Assembly (NCBI GenBank): GCA_963667665.2
Contig: OY763927.2
Coordinates: forward strand, 320,001 to 384,000
Length of the DNA stretch: 64,000 nucleotides
DNA from: Nitrosopumilus sp.
GTDB taxonomy: Archaea; Thermoproteota; Nitrososphaeria; Nitrososphaerales; Nitrosopumilaceae
Direction: 5' to 3'
A model generated the notes under the pieces. That model was not told where the DNA came from and searched no databases. It worked only from the letters and a program-made list of their open reading frames with translations. A program made the position numbers and the translations under genes. Below are positions 48,178-63,357 of this stretch, in pieces (the first letter of the stretch is position 1; the number at the start of each line of letters is the position of its first letter).

Positions 48178-48456
48178 ATGGAACTTAGTTCAAGTCAAAA
48201 AACTAGTTTAGTTTTTGGAGGTGCTTTTTTAGTTGCTGGAATTATTTTATCAACTATGATTTTCCCATTTTGGCATCTAATTCGAGAAGATGTCTTTGAA
48301 GATGTGGTGATATTAACAAATGATGATGGTATTTGTTATGTTGAAACTATAGATAATGTTCCAAAGACAATCAAAGATTGTAATCTCAACCCAGGTGATA
48401 AAACAACAATCAAGTTTGGGAAGGATCTTGCGTGGGCTAGTATTGTTTCCCCCTAA
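48178..48456 (+). CDS. Hypothetical membrane-anchored protein
   Basis: ATG 48178; TM then IFPFWHLIRED, CYVET. Confidence 0.7.
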   Translation: MELSSSQKTSLVFGGAFLVAGIILSTMIFPFWHLIREDVFEDVVILTNDDGICYVETIDNVPKTIKDCNLNPGDKTTIKFGKDLAWASIVSP

Positions 48457-48491
48457 TCGATGATTTAATATTTTAAAAAATCTGATAAACA

Positions 48492-48902
48492 ATGATGGAA
48501 TGTATTTTTTGTAAAATTGTTGCAGGTGAAATTCCAGCAAAAATTCTTAAAGAAACCTCAAACTCTATCTCATTTTTAGATGCATTTCCTCTTGCAAAGG
48601 GTCATGTGCTTGTAATTTCAAAAAATCATCATCAAAAAATTCAGGATATGAGCCCTGAAGAAAATTCTGATTTATTTTCACTAGTCCATTTGATGATTTC
48701 TAAAGTTGATGCCTTAACTGGTGCAACTTTAGTTGCAGTACATAATGGGAAAGAAGCTGGGCAAGAAGTACCTCATGTTCATGTACATTTAGTTCCGCGA
48801 AGTGTAGATGATTCGGCAGGTACCATTCATAGCATGTTTGATTCTACATTGAAATTATCTGAATCAGAAATTGGAGAGCTTTACAATAAATTAAAAATTT
48901 AA
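48492..48902 (+). CDS. HIT family hydrolase
   Basis: CIFCKI, AGQEVPHVHVHLVP. Confidence 0.95.
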   Translation: MMECIFCKIVAGEIPAKILKETSNSISFLDAFPLAKGHVLVISKNHHQKIQDMSPEENSDLFSLVHLMISKVDALTGATLVAVHNGKEAGQEVPHVHVHLVPRSVDDSAGTIHSMFDSTLKLSESEIGELYNKLKI

Positions 48903-48904
48903 TC

Positions 48905-49582
48905 TTAGTAAGGAAACAATATCTCTTTTGTATTGAGATTTTCTACTTTGATTGCTTTTGTTGGACAAGTCTGTGCAGCATTCATTATTTTGTTTATTCC
49001 TGCACCTTTTTGATTGATTACAGATGATTTAGGATTTGATCTAGTTTGTCTATTTATTTCAAAAACTCCAGGTGCTATAGTTTCACAGCTACAACAACCA
49101 ATACACAAGCTTTTATCTACATCCACGAAAAGGTTTGGCTGTTTATTTGGTTCTTTCGCTTTATCGTATTCTCCATTTCTACCGTCTGGACGTATACGCG
49201 CATTGTATTCTTTCCAGAATTTATTTTCATATTCTTTCCAAAACTCAGGATCCCCTTCCTCAACTTCACGAGTATATTTACTCCAGTCTTGTTCAGGAAT
49301 TTTGTCACCAGCTGGAGATGTCCATTTAGGTTTTCTCTTAACGTTTGTAGTATTTGATTTCTGTTGAGTATCTTCTTGATGTGCTAAATTGTCATTTTGA
49401 TTATAGTTTTTCTTTAGGAAAGTATATGCTTCAGTAATTTTTTTAAATTCAACATCCTCATTTTTATCCTTATTTTTGTCAGGATGTAATTCTAATGCAA
49501 GCTTTCTGTATGCTACCTTGATCTCATCTTGTGATGGGTTTGATTTTACATTTAGTACTTTGAGTGCTTGATATGAATTCAC
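48905..49582 (-). CDS. DnaJ-ferredoxin fusion (thaumarchaeal DnaJ-Fer)
   Basis: LHPDKN J-domain; CIGCCSC..CP ferredoxin. Confidence 0.92.
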   Translation of the reverse strand: MNSYQALKVLNVKSNPSQDEIKVAYRKLALELHPDKNKDKNEDVEFKKITEAYTFLKKNYNQNDNLAHQEDTQQKSNTTNVKRKPKWTSPAGDKIPEQDWSKYTREVEEGDPEFWKEYENKFWKEYNARIRPDGRNGEYDKAKEPNKQPNLFVDVDKSLCIGCCSCETIAPGVFEINRQTRSNPKSSVINQKGAGINKIMNAAQTCPTKAIKVENLNTKEILFPY

Positions 49583-49644
49583 TAAATTATAATGACTCGT
49601 AATATGTTAAAAACAATTGCATAATGTATGGCATTACAATTTGT

Positions 49645-50007
49645 CTATTCTAATAAAATTTCATCATCTGCTTTCCATGCAGGTTCAACTATGCATAAAA
49701 ATTTCAAATCAATTGAGCCTATATTTTCAATAAATTGCTTAGAATTTGGTGGAACATATGCAGAATCATCTTTTTCAAGGTGATGTGTCTCTTCATCGAT
49801 CTTTAGGTTTCCACATCCTTCCAAAATATAATATATTTCAGATGAACTAATTTTGTGAAGTTTAGATTTTCTTCCTAGACCTAGTGTGAATTGAGCAATG
49901 CTATAATTAATTCCATTTAGTGTGTTATGTGGGTGGAAATATTGTTTTATTTTGGTACCTTCATCTCCTTGAATGGAATCAATTTCAGAATTTCTTCTTA
50001 ATGACAT
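49645..50007 (-). CDS. Cupin domain protein
   Basis: EIYYILEG, VPPNSKQ, FLCIVEPAW. Confidence 0.9.
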   Translation of the reverse strand: MSLRRNSEIDSIQGDEGTKIKQYFHPHNTLNGINYSIAQFTLGLGRKSKLHKISSSEIYYILEGCGNLKIDEETHHLEKDDSAYVPPNSKQFIENIGSIDLKFLCIVEPAWKADDEILLE

Positions 50008-50012
50008 ATTGT

Positions 50013-50468
50013 CTAAATAATTTTTGAAACTTTGGTTTTAAAATCTGATTCGTACCATGTTGTTTTGTATATTTCATTTTTTCTAGGTAGAATGTTTATT
50101 GCAATGTGGGAGAATGTTTTTTTCTTGTCAATTGAACCATGGGTATGATATGTCTTTGCTGGAATGTATACTATATCTCCTTCATTGAGGCTGATTTTTT
50201 CTGTTCTTTTTATCTTAAAGTTAGTTTTACTTGTTCCATATCTTCGAAAAATCTCAAGGCTTCCCTTACCTTTTGTTGCAATTAGCACTTGATTTCCATT
50301 ATGTGCATGAAGTTTTGTTCTAGATCCTTTCTCAAAATGTACATGATAGATGTCTTGATCTTTTGATTTTATTTTCTCTGAGAGAACCTTCATCCATGTT
50401 TTATTTGTAAACCAATCAGGATTTACTTTTCTTTTATCTCCAAATCCAAAAATATTTGATTTTTTCAT
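50013..50468 (-). CDS. Cupin domain protein
   Basis: RTKLHAH..Q.L, GDIVYIPA..HTHG. Confidence 0.9.
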   Translation of the reverse strand: MKKSNIFGFGDKRKVNPDWFTNKTWMKVLSEKIKSKDQDIYHVHFEKGSRTKLHAHNGNQVLIATKGKGSLEIFRRYGTSKTNFKIKRTEKISLNEGDIVYIPAKTYHTHGSIDKKKTFSHIAINILPRKNEIYKTTWYESDFKTKVSKII

Positions 50469-50469
50469 T

Positions 50470-50835
50470 CTAAATTCTATCCAAAATTTTCTTTTTCTTT
50501 GCTTGGAATTCTTTTTCTGTAATTACTCCATTGGTTCTTAACTTTCCAAGTTTTTTTAGTATCTCCAAATCTTCTTTGGTATTTGATGTTACATTTTTTG
50601 CAGCTGAAATTCCTTCATTAATTTTTTTAATTCCTCTTTTATGTAGAGAATCTCTTTCTTTTTTTGCTTGATTACGAAGTTCTTTGCTTGTCTTGCTAGC
50701 TTGTTTTGCAGTCATTGCTCCAAGTTCCACTGCATTATCTAACACTTCATCTGCTTTTTTTACTCCTTCTTGTAGTGCCTTGTCTGCTTTTTTTAGCAAT
50801 TTTTCAATATAGCCACCTTTTTTTGCTATTCCCAT
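50470..50835 (-). CDS. SHOCT domain protein
   Basis: LKKLGKLRTNGVITEKEFQAKKKKIL. Confidence 0.85.
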   Translation of the reverse strand: MGIAKKGGYIEKLLKKADKALQEGVKKADEVLDNAVELGAMTAKQASKTSKELRNQAKKERDSLHKRGIKKINEGISAAKNVTSNTKEDLEILKKLGKLRTNGVITEKEFQAKKKKILDRI

Positions 50836-50916
50836 ATTTTTTGTATGATTTCAATTCTATTATCTCTTTCTTAGTGGAATTGGTTTAATAGATGGAATCG
50901 TATACTTTGTGTAGTT

Positions 50917-51621
50917 TTGGCAAAGACTAATGATGTAAAGATAATTGTTCTAAGAAAAAAAATTGATGAAGAAGAGGCAATGGAAATTATTCAACAAAAG
51001 AAAACAATTCCATTCAAATCTCTGCTTTCACGTCCAAAAAAAGAACAAGTGCATGTTCATTCATTGAAATTAAACTACGAATGCATTTTGATGGTTTCCG
51101 GAAAATATGTAGCTGATTATTACCGAAAAGCAACTCACACTATTTCTGTAAATTATAATATTCGTGATGTGGTATTGGGTGGTGGTCTTTTTCTTGTGCG
51201 TTCTAAATCTGGATTTGCAAAGACACTTTCTGGAAAACGTGGTAAAAATAAAATTGATTTAAAATTAGAAGAGCATATTTTTATCGAAGAAGAAGATGAA
51301 TTGATTTTTGATCATCATGGGCATGAAATAAAATTCCCATTTAAATTAAATTCAAAGACTGTTGAAAATTATCCCAAACGAATTTTAGAAAAAAACCTAC
51401 AAAATATCAAAAAACCAGAAATAACTAATGATTTGGCAATTGAGAAACTTCAATCTCTACTCAAAAAACCTGTAGAAACAGATGTTCGTGATGTAACTGA
51501 AGAATTTGACTTGCGAGAAATTACTGAAGTTTATGTTCCAATCTTTGAGGCAAGACTAATTGGTCCTAAAAAGAAGGTTGGAATTATTCGTCTAGATGCA
51601 GTGCGAAAAAAGATTCTGTAA
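50917..51621 (+). CDS. Conserved hypothetical protein
   Basis: 234-aa ORF, YVPIFEA, RLDAV. Confidence 0.7.
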   Translation: MAKTNDVKIIVLRKKIDEEEAMEIIQQKKTIPFKSLLSRPKKEQVHVHSLKLNYECILMVSGKYVADYYRKATHTISVNYNIRDVVLGGGLFLVRSKSGFAKTLSGKRGKNKIDLKLEEHIFIEEEDELIFDHHGHEIKFPFKLNSKTVENYPKRILEKNLQNIKKPEITNDLAIEKLQSLLKKPVETDVRDVTEEFDLREITEVYVPIFEARLIGPKKKVGIIRLDAVRKKIL

Positions 51622-51637
51622 TTTAACTAATCTAATT

Positions 51638-52459
51638 CTATAGTTTTACAAGTTTTCTGAATTGATCATTTTCATATAGTTCCTCAAAGATTTTCTCTTC
51701 TTTTGCCCATCCGCGTATTACTTTGGGACTTTTAGAGACTGCCAGTTTTAACAACTCTAATGATTCAGGATACATTCCTAATGCTGCTTTACTTCGAGAT
51801 TTTGCATAAATGACATTTACATTATCTTTGAATTTTTCAAGAATCTCATCAAACACCCTTAATGCTTTTTCATGTTGTCCTAATTCTGCTAACTGGATAC
51901 CTTTTTGAAAAAATGCATCTTGATTTTTAGGATATTTTTTACAAACATTTTGAAAACAATTTAGAGCTTCTTCATGTTTTTTCATTTTACCTAATACTAT
52001 TCCTTTGTAGACTAGAGCGTTTGGTTTTCTTGGTTCTATGGATATTGCTTTATCTAAAAATTCTATGGCTTCTTCACGTTCTTGTAATTTATCAAGCAAA
52101 ACTCCTTTGTTAAAATATGATGCTGCATTTTTTGGATCAGCCTCTATTGCTTTATCATAGCATTCTGATGCTTCTTGAATATTTCCCATCTCTGCCATTG
52201 CAATTCCTTTGTTGTTATATGCTTGAGCATCTTTTGGATTAATCTCTAATAGTTTTTCAAAACATGTTACTGCGTCAGTATATTTTTTTCTCTGATTTAG
52301 TGCCAAACCTTTGTTAAATAATGCAGAAACATTTTCAGAATCTTGCTTTAGAACCTTGTTAAATAATGCAATGGCAACTTTTGGCTGATTTTCATCCATC
52401 ATCGAAATTGCATTATACAATAAATCTTCTACATTTTCTTTTGAACCAAATAATCCCAT
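51638..52459 (-). CDS. TPR repeat protein
   Basis: Repeated ALFNKG/AYNNKG..A..CY/F. Confidence 0.93.
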   Translation of the reverse strand: MGLFGSKENVEDLLYNAISMMDENQPKVAIALFNKVLKQDSENVSALFNKGLALNQRKKYTDAVTCFEKLLEINPKDAQAYNNKGIAMAEMGNIQEASECYDKAIEADPKNAASYFNKGVLLDKLQEREEAIEFLDKAISIEPRKPNALVYKGIVLGKMKKHEEALNCFQNVCKKYPKNQDAFFQKGIQLAELGQHEKALRVFDEILEKFKDNVNVIYAKSRSKAALGMYPESLELLKLAVSKSPKVIRGWAKEEKIFEELYENDQFRKLVKL

Positions 52460-52496
52460 AATTCCTCCAAAATGATATGGCTAATGAAAGTTTGGC

Positions 52497-52616
52497 TTAT
52501 CCTAATGACTTGAATTTCTTAATTGCTTCTTTTGCCATTTCTTCTTGCTCTTTTGCTGAAGTATCAATAGGGTCCTCTGTGGCGTAATCCTCTTTTACTT
52601 CTTTTTTCTTTTCCAT
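52497..52616 (-). CDS. Small charged protein (39 aa)
   Basis: MEKKKEVKEDYATEDPIDTSAKEQEEMAKEAIKKFKSLG*; TTTATAAA upstream on the minus strand. Confidence 0.6.
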   Translation of the reverse strand: MEKKKEVKEDYATEDPIDTSAKEQEEMAKEAIKKFKSLG

Positions 52617-52687
52617 GCTTTTCTTGAATAGTTATTTTATAAAAATTTGAAGATAAGCTTAATTTGAATTAGAATTGAGTTTGATTA

Positions 52688-53050
52688 TTGCCAAATTCTG
52701 AAATCAAATATCTATCTGATAAGATTCATGTGCATAGGTGGCCTCAAGACAGTCCAGTTTGGGATGATTTTACACAAAAACAGATAGTTGATTCAATTAA
52801 CAAAAATCCTGAAAAAAAACAAGTTACAATTAAAGAAAAAATTATTCAAATTGAAGATTTTGAATTTACATCTCTCAAAAATATTGGAATTTCAGTACCC
52901 TTTTTCAAAGAAGAGTGTACTCTGATATTTGAAGCTCAATTTGACAAACTTTTTGCCCATGTTCATATCACTATAAAATCTGAAAATTATGTAGATGTCT
53001 TTAATGAATTAATTTCTTGGAAGAAAAATTTTGTTGAAAGATTTGGATGA
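52688..53050 (+). CDS. Conserved hypothetical protein
   Basis: KIHVHRWP, VPFFKEECT, AHVHIT. Confidence 0.7.
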   Translation: MPNSEIKYLSDKIHVHRWPQDSPVWDDFTQKQIVDSINKNPEKKQVTIKEKIIQIEDFEFTSLKNIGISVPFFKEECTLIFEAQFDKLFAHVHITIKSENYVDVFNELISWKKNFVERFG

Positions 53051-53053
53051 TCG

Positions 53054-53075
53054 TTAGGTTACCTTATGGTTACTA
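53054..53075. promoter_or_regulatory. Imperfect dyad TAGGTTACCTTATGGTTACTAA, possible operator of the SDR gene
   Basis: GGTTAC-N5-GGTTAC near-palindrome in the intergenic region upstream of 53129. Confidence 0.3.
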
Positions 53076-53128
53076 AGTATAGAGTCTATCACTTTCCAAT
53101 TTAATTACCCCTCATTATGTGATAAGGC

Positions 53129-53977
53129 ATGTCGCAGTTAGAAAAAGTTGCAATTGTTACTGGAAGTTCCTCCGGAATTGGATATACAACTGCTTTGGAT
53201 CTTGCAAAAAATGGTTTTAAAACATATGCAACCATGCGAGATACAAACAAATCAAATAATATCTTAGCAGAAGCTACAAAAGATAATCTTCCACTAAAAG
53301 TGATACAACTTGATGTCAATGATGATTTATCCGTACAACAAGCAATTCGAGAAATACTCAAAGAAGATGAACGTATTGATGTACTAGTAAATAATGCAGG
53401 ATTTGCAATTATGGGGGCAGTAGAGGATACTTCTGTTGATGAGGCAAAAGAACAATTTGAAACAAACTTTTTTTCGCTTTATCGAATGGTACAATCTGTT
53501 TTACCTACAATGAGAAAACAAAAATCAGGAATTATAATTAACATTAGTTCTATTGCTGGGTTTTTAGGAATACCCGGAACTTCAGCTTATGTAAGCTCAA
53601 AATTTGCCATGGAGGGATTCTCCGAATGTTTAAAGGCAGAATTAGAACCATTTGGAATTAAGGTTGCAATAGTAGAACCTGGTCCAATTAAGACAAATGT
53701 TGGAAATTCTTACAAATATACAAAAAACTCTCAATTGTCTAGCTCTGCGTTTGCAGAACTTAACACAAAAGTAAAAGACATGATGACTTATGCAGTTACT
53801 GATGGTGGTAATCCTCCAGAAGTTGTATCAAAAGAAGTGTTGAATGCAGTACTTTCAAACAATCCAGATACAAGATACCCTGCAAGTCCTGAGGCAAAAT
53901 TACTCTTTGACGCACGACGTTCAAAAAATGATGCTGATTTTGAACAATTCGTAAAGGAACAATTTTCTCCAAAATAA
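53129..53977 (+). CDS. Classical SDR oxidoreductase
   Basis: TGSSSGIG, NNAG, YVSSK, VEPG. Confidence 0.95.
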   Translation: MSQLEKVAIVTGSSSGIGYTTALDLAKNGFKTYATMRDTNKSNNILAEATKDNLPLKVIQLDVNDDLSVQQAIREILKEDERIDVLVNNAGFAIMGAVEDTSVDEAKEQFETNFFSLYRMVQSVLPTMRKQKSGIIINISSIAGFLGIPGTSAYVSSKFAMEGFSECLKAELEPFGIKVAIVEPGPIKTNVGNSYKYTKNSQLSSSAFAELNTKVKDMMTYAVTDGGNPPEVVSKEVLNAVLSNNPDTRYPASPEAKLLFDARRSKNDADFEQFVKEQFSPK

Positions 53978-54074
53978 TAGATGGTTTAAATTAGAATGTC
54001 AAGTTTAAAACAAGAAATTAAAAACGTAAAACAACTTAAAGGATATCCAGATTAAGTGAATTACTATGTGATTT

Positions 54075-55118
54075 AACAAAATTTTCATTTTTGCTCTTAT
54101 CCCTCTTGTTCTTTCAATTGGATTAAGTCCAGCTTTATCATTTGATTTTACTCCAGATGCGTTTGCACTAAAAGCAAAAGGTACATCTTCATCTCAATAT
54201 GGCTCTGCAAATTCTCTAGTATGTGGAGATAGATTATGTTCTGAACCAGAAAAACAAGAAATTCCTGAAGAAATGATGGAAGAGAAAGTTGTGGACGATT
54301 CTATGCAAGATCAAAATGTAGTATATGATGATGGAACATTTCAGCTAGTAAAAATTGTAGAAAATATCTACAGTTTTGGTACCTCAATGGGATCTTTTTC
54401 TTTAGTTATGGTAACTGACGATGGAATTATCATTGGAGATCCTGTAAATCAAAATCATTCAGAAATTATGCTTAAAGCAATCAGAACAATAACTGATCAA
54501 CCAATCAAGTATCTGGTTTATAGTCATACTCATTGGGATCACACTAGTGGTGGTCAAGTTTTTAAAAATGAAGGTGCTACAATTCTCAGTCATATTGATG
54601 CTAGAGACTGGCTTTTAGATAATCCAAATCCAAATGTAGTAGTGGCTGATGAAGTTTGGAAAGGTAATTTTAAAGAAATTATTCTTGGTGGTAAAACACT
54701 TGAGCTTCATCACTTTGGTCCAAGTCACGGTGAAGGCATGACTGTTTTTTATTTACCTGAAGACAAAATTGTTTTCCTAGTTGATATTGTAACTCCTAAA
54801 AGACTTGGGTTTACAATAATGCCTGATTTTTCTCCAAAAGGATGGACACAAACACTAATTGAAATTGAAAAACTTGATTTTGATATTGCAATGTTTGGTC
54901 ACAAGAGAGCATTTGGTCCTGCATCAGAAGTAACTGAGGTTAGAGAATATTTGCAAGATTTACGTACTGAAATTTTTAGAATGATGCAAGATGGTGTTAA
55001 TCCAATGATGATTCCATCAACAATAGAGTTGCCAAAATATCAAGAGTGGGAATTTTATGATGAATGGTTGGGAATGAATACGTGGAGATTCATCATGGAA
55101 CCACATATGGGTTGGTAA
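54075..55118 (+). CDS. Secreted MBL-fold metallo-hydrolase; N-terminal start disrupted (ATG TGA at 54066-54071)
   Basis: Frame is open from 54072 with signal peptide and VCGDRLCSE; SHTHWDH, PSHG, FGH; ORF track starts only at 54273. Confidence 0.8.
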   Translation, partial: NKIFIFALIPLVLSIGLSPALSFDFTPDAFALKAKGTSSSQYGSANSLVCGDRLCSEPEKQEIPEEMMEEKVVDDSMQDQNVVYDDGTFQLVKIVENIYSFGTSMGSFSLVMVTDDGIIIGDPVNQNHSEIMLKAIRTITDQPIKYLVYSHTHWDHTSGGQVFKNEGATILSHIDARDWLLDNPNPNVVVADEVWKGNFKEIILGGKTLELHHFGPSHGEGMTVFYLPEDKIVFLVDIVTPKRLGFTIMPDFSPKGWTQTLIEIEKLDFDIAMFGHKRAFGPASEVTEVREYLQDLRTEIFRMMQDGVNPMMIPSTIELPKYQEWEFYDEWLGMNTWRFIMEPHMGW

Positions 55119-55174
55119 CTGAACTTGCATCTATTTTATCACCAAAAATATTCTAATCCTGCCGGACTTGAATT

Positions 55175-56470
55175 CTAAAAATTCTGAGATGCTAAAATCA
55201 TCTTTTTGATATCGTCTTTACTATGTGCGTTAGATATAGCACCTAGTTTTCCAGGCAAAAAGAATATTCCGTCTTGAGCAATCATCTTGAAATGATACTT
55301 TGCAAGCATTGTACCATCACATTTTGCAGCCTGTGCTGAGTTTGTAATTTCTGTATTGCCTCCTTTTAGAAAGTGAGTCATAAATAATGAGCCCTTTCCA
55401 GTTACTGCAACTTTACCATCAAATGCCTTTCTCATCTCTTTTCTTGCAAATTCTCCAAGTGAGTTAATTTTTGTATAAACTGATTTTTTTGATTTTAGAT
55501 AATTGAGTGTTGCAAATCCTGATGTCATTGATGCAGGATTGGCAGAAAATGTTCCCCCTCCAACATAGGAGCGTTCTGATTTTTTCTTTCCAGCGGTATC
55601 TGCATATTCCATAATCTCTTTTTTACCACACATCACTCCAATTGCCATTCCTCCCCCTACAATTTTTCCTAGAGTTACAATGTCAGGATCAAGTTTCATA
55701 GTTGGATAAAGACATCCATATCTAAATCTAAAACCAGTAACTATCTCATCTAAAATAAACAGAGATTTGTTTTTGTGAATAAATTCCTGAATTCCTTTTA
55801 GATATTCTGGAGTAGCTGGAATGCATCCTCCACCACCTAAAACAGGCTCAATTATTACCCCTGCTAGGCTCTTTGCATATTTTTTCAAAATCTTCAATGA
55901 ACCCTCCAAATCATTGTAAGGAATCGAAATAATTTTTTCTTCATTTACTACTCCACTGCTTTCTGATTCTGTAAATGGCCAGTTTACACTTTTCAATAAA
56001 TCTGAAGTATATCCATGCCATCCCCCATCAATTTTTGCAATCACTTTTCTACCTGTAACTGAACGAGCCAATCTTACTGCATACATTGTAGCTTCAGTTC
56101 CTGATGTTACATATCGAATTTTCTCAGCTACTGGAACTGCTTTTGAAATTAATTCTGATAGTTTTATTGTCTGCTCATTTACTGTACCATACATCCAACT
56201 TTTTTCAATCTGTTTTTTCAAAGATTCTTTGACATTTTTTGGACCATGTCCTAATATCAAACTCCAATGTCCCATCCAATAATCTGTATACTTGTTGTTA
56301 TCCACATCAACAAGATTTTTTCCTCCAGATGATTTTACAACAAATGGATATGGTTCATAAAATCTTATGTTATGACTTACTCCACGTACATGAAGTTTTA
56401 ATGACCTTGCAAACATCTTCTCAGATGTTTTTGTTTTCTTTTTGTATTGAGCTAAGTAATCCAAAACCAA
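55175..56470 (-). CDS. hemL: Glutamate-1-semialdehyde 2,1-aminomutase (class III aminotransferase)
   Basis: [40 protein letters not shown]. Confidence 0.85.
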   Translation of the reverse strand: MVLDYLAQYKKKTKTSEKMFARSLKLHVRGVSHNIRFYEPYPFVVKSSGGKNLVDVDNNKYTDYWMGHWSLILGHGPKNVKESLKKQIEKSWMYGTVNEQTIKLSELISKAVPVAEKIRYVTSGTEATMYAVRLARSVTGRKVIAKIDGGWHGYTSDLLKSVNWPFTESESSGVVNEEKIISIPYNDLEGSLKILKKYAKSLAGVIIEPVLGGGGCIPATPEYLKGIQEFIHKNKSLFILDEIVTGFRFRYGCLYPTMKLDPDIVTLGKIVGGGMAIGVMCGKKEIMEYADTAGKKKSERSYVGGGTFSANPASMTSGFATLNYLKSKKSVYTKINSLGEFARKEMRKAFDGKVAVTGKGSLFMTHFLKGGNTEITNSAQAAKCDGTMLAKYHFKMIAQDGIFFLPGKLGAISNAHSKDDIKKMILASQNF

Positions 56471-56593
56471 CTACACAAAAATATTCCTGCCATTTTAATC
56501 CATCAAAACATGCCTACTATAGTGGAGGAGGGGTAGGGGTTAAAAATAAAAATTGAAATTTTTTCAATCGATCAGGCATAATTTCACGCATGG

Positions 56594-56601
56594 TTTATAT
56601 G
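56594..56601 (+). promoter_or_regulatory. Probable rRNA operon TATA box (TTTATATG)
   Basis: Canonical TATA ~230 nt upstream of the 16S 5' end. Confidence 0.5.
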
Positions 56602-56744
56602 GATTCTGCATTCTTCAATTTCTGCATACGTAAAGCAATAGGCGGCGCTCGTGATGAAGTATGGCAATATGCCAAGTTATGATTCATGGGCCTCCATTTA
56701 CGCATACAAAATGAGGATATGATCAAAAGATCATTATCTGAAAT

Positions 56745-58332
<1,588 letters not shown>

Positions 58333-58443
58333 AAATCATCGATGCAATGCATCACGAAAGTGTTGTATGAAGGATGTAGCAGACCCCTGCCAGGGGGTTT
58401 GCAATGATCGTCGTGCATAGTCGTGTAATATGTGGCTGAATTT

Positions 58444-61436
<2,993 letters not shown>

Positions 61437-61603
61437 TCAGCCACTTACATAGAGACATTGGCACCGTATTAGGCGAATAACCTGTACGGTGCTTATGCAC
61501 GATGATCACATATTACACGATGATTTCAATTCTAATTACAGAATAGGATTTCCTATTTTGTAATTTTATTTTTAATGTCCCTAGCGGATGCTATGCAATC
61601 CCG

Positions 61604-62050
61604 TTGAATAAATATCACTTCAAATTAACCAACTCTGTGACTCCTAGATTGTCTGATAAAGAACTTGGATTCTTGAAAATATGTTATCACTGTTATAACG
61701 ATGGGAAAAATTTTCTTAGTACAATACGTGATATTCCAATACCAAATTTTACTGTACATGATATGATTAACTGCGAACGAAGTCTAATGCAAAAAGATTT
61801 GCTTAGTGGTTCAACAAATCGAACAAATGCTGGTGTCCATTATTCTCCCAATTCTATGACACAAAAAGGAATTAACGTTGTAAAAGAAATTTTAGGTGAT
61901 CCATTATTTGGTGATTTAGAACCTGCAATTAATACTGGTTTTAACGATAAAGGATATCGTTTTAAAAAATATGTCAAATCACATCTATTCCAAATCCTTG
62001 GATTGACTATTGGTGTTATTGGTGTGGTTGCGACGATCTTATCTATATGA
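61604..62050 (+). CDS. Hypothetical protein with C-terminal TM (start uncertain)
   Basis: MTQKG wHTH-like end followed by a hydrophobic C-terminus. Confidence 0.55.
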   Translation: MNKYHFKLTNSVTPRLSDKELGFLKICYHCYNDGKNFLSTIRDIPIPNFTVHDMINCERSLMQKDLLSGSTNRTNAGVHYSPNSMTQKGINVVKEILGDPLFGDLEPAINTGFNDKGYRFKKYVKSHLFQILGLTIGVIGVVATILSI

Positions 62051-62070
62051 TTCTATTATGAGTTGGATTT

Positions 62071-62379
62071 TTGATACTAAATGGAAAAAAACTAGACGAA
62101 ATGAAGAATCTGGAATCTGGAATCTGGCCATTAAAACCTGCATCCAAAGAACCCCCAAAACCTACTACTTCCCAATTAATCTACATGGTAGTATTATCTT
62201 CCGTTGTAATTCTTGTTGGTAGTGCCATGTTAGGTTCTAAACAATTTGTGGAAACTGGATGGATCCTTATTGGGTTAGGGATTATTGGTGAAATTACAAT
62301 TGTTTTAAGCGCTCATAATGAATTGAGAAATTTAGATAAAAGAATACGAAAATTAGAGAATGAATCTGACAAAAAATAA
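62071..62379 (+). CDS. Hypothetical two-TM protein with C-terminal coiled coil
   Basis: Hydrophobic hairpin; LDKRIRKLE. Confidence 0.6.
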   Translation: MILNGKKLDEMKNLESGIWPLKPASKEPPKPTTSQLIYMVVLSSVVILVGSAMLGSKQFVETGWILIGLGIIGEITIVLSAHNELRNLDKRIRKLENESDKK

Positions 62380-62499
62380 AACATATTCTAAGATCAATTT
62401 AATTAGTTTAATTTTTTATGTTAAGTGGGTATTCAGTATCATTTTTCGAGTGATATAGTCTTCGTGGGCTCGAATACCCTTTTTTGATTTGAATAATTT

Positions 62500-62746
62500 T
62501 TAATCATAGACTCTAGATCTTTTCTTTGACCATATGAAGAATGAGTTTTTCGTTTACAACATCTACTATCACTCGATACATTCCAACCCTGAATTTGTAA
62601 AATGGTGAACTTGTCAGACGTTCAAGATATGAAAATGGGTTTTTTTCTACCTCGCTTGTCTTTAAGAGGATTCTTTTTGCATCGTCTTTTGGAAGTTTAG
62701 ATAGTTTTTTTTCTGCCTTTTTAGACCAAACAGCAGTCCATTTCAT
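62500..62746 (-). CDS. relE: RelE/ParE family toxin; C-terminus apparently frameshifted
   Basis: AEKKLSKL, NPF, YKFRVGMYRVI; alternative frame continues KRSRVYD*. Confidence 0.8.
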
Positions 62747-62982
62747 ATACCATATTTCTTCTTAAGGTCATCATTTGTGATGTATTTACCATTTTTAAAA
62801 TCATTAATTGATTGTTCTATTTCTAGAATGTCTTTCTTAGATAATAATTCGGAATCATCTTCATTTAGTGTATTTACCATACGATTAATCATGGCCTCAA
62901 AGGATTCACTAGGATGGTTTTTCATAGTACTCCACGTTTCTTTTGAGTTTTTAGAAACTTGAATGGATGTCATTAATTCCAT
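62743..62982 (-). CDS. Antitoxin (RHH-type) paired with RelE
   Basis: TSIQVS..ESFEAMINR..IEQSINDFKNGKY..LKKKYG; overlaps the toxin start. Confidence 0.8.
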   Translation of the reverse strand: MELMTSIQVSKNSKETWSTMKNHPSESFEAMINRMVNTLNEDDSELLSKKDILEIEQSINDFKNGKYITNDDLKKKYGI

Positions 62983-63069
62983 AGTTTGCTATAGAATACT
63001 ATAGTATATAAACATTATACGCAAAGTTTAAGCCAATATGTTTAATAATCACTATGTGTGTATGTGATT

Positions 63070-63357
63070 ATGTCACAAAATGACGAAGTGAAAATTGAGA
63101 ACAAGACAATTCGTATCCCAGCTGCGATGTACTACAAAGCAGTAGAAATTACAGGTATGTTGTCTGCAATTGCCGGTTACAACTATTCTCTATCAGAAAT
63201 AGTATCAGAAATGATCACAATGTGTCATACTTCATGGTATCCGCAACTAACTGGAACCATACAAGATGAGAAAGCACGAGCAACCATGAGAGCAGATCTT
63301 CAGAAAAATCTTGAATTCAAAGAAGGGTTAGACAAGACTCTCAAGATTAGAAAATAG
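63070..63357 (+). CDS. Hypothetical RHH-like DNA-binding protein
   Basis: KTIRIPAAMY..SLSEIV. Confidence 0.55.
   Translation: MSQNDEVKIENKTIRIPAAMYYKAVEITGMLSAIAGYNYSLSEIVSEMITMCHTSWYPQLTGTIQDEKARATMRADLQKNLEFKEGLDKTLKIRK

Noticed and set aside
287-56556. Numerous short antisense ORFs over core genes (e.g. 41347-41850, 38857-39264, 15695-16231)
   Set aside because: They overlap well-supported genes on the opposite strand and have no recognisable motifs.
62464-62479. CGTGGGCTCGAATACCC resembling a tRNA T-arm or att remnant
   Set aside because: Too short and degenerate; no cloverleaf and no partner copy.
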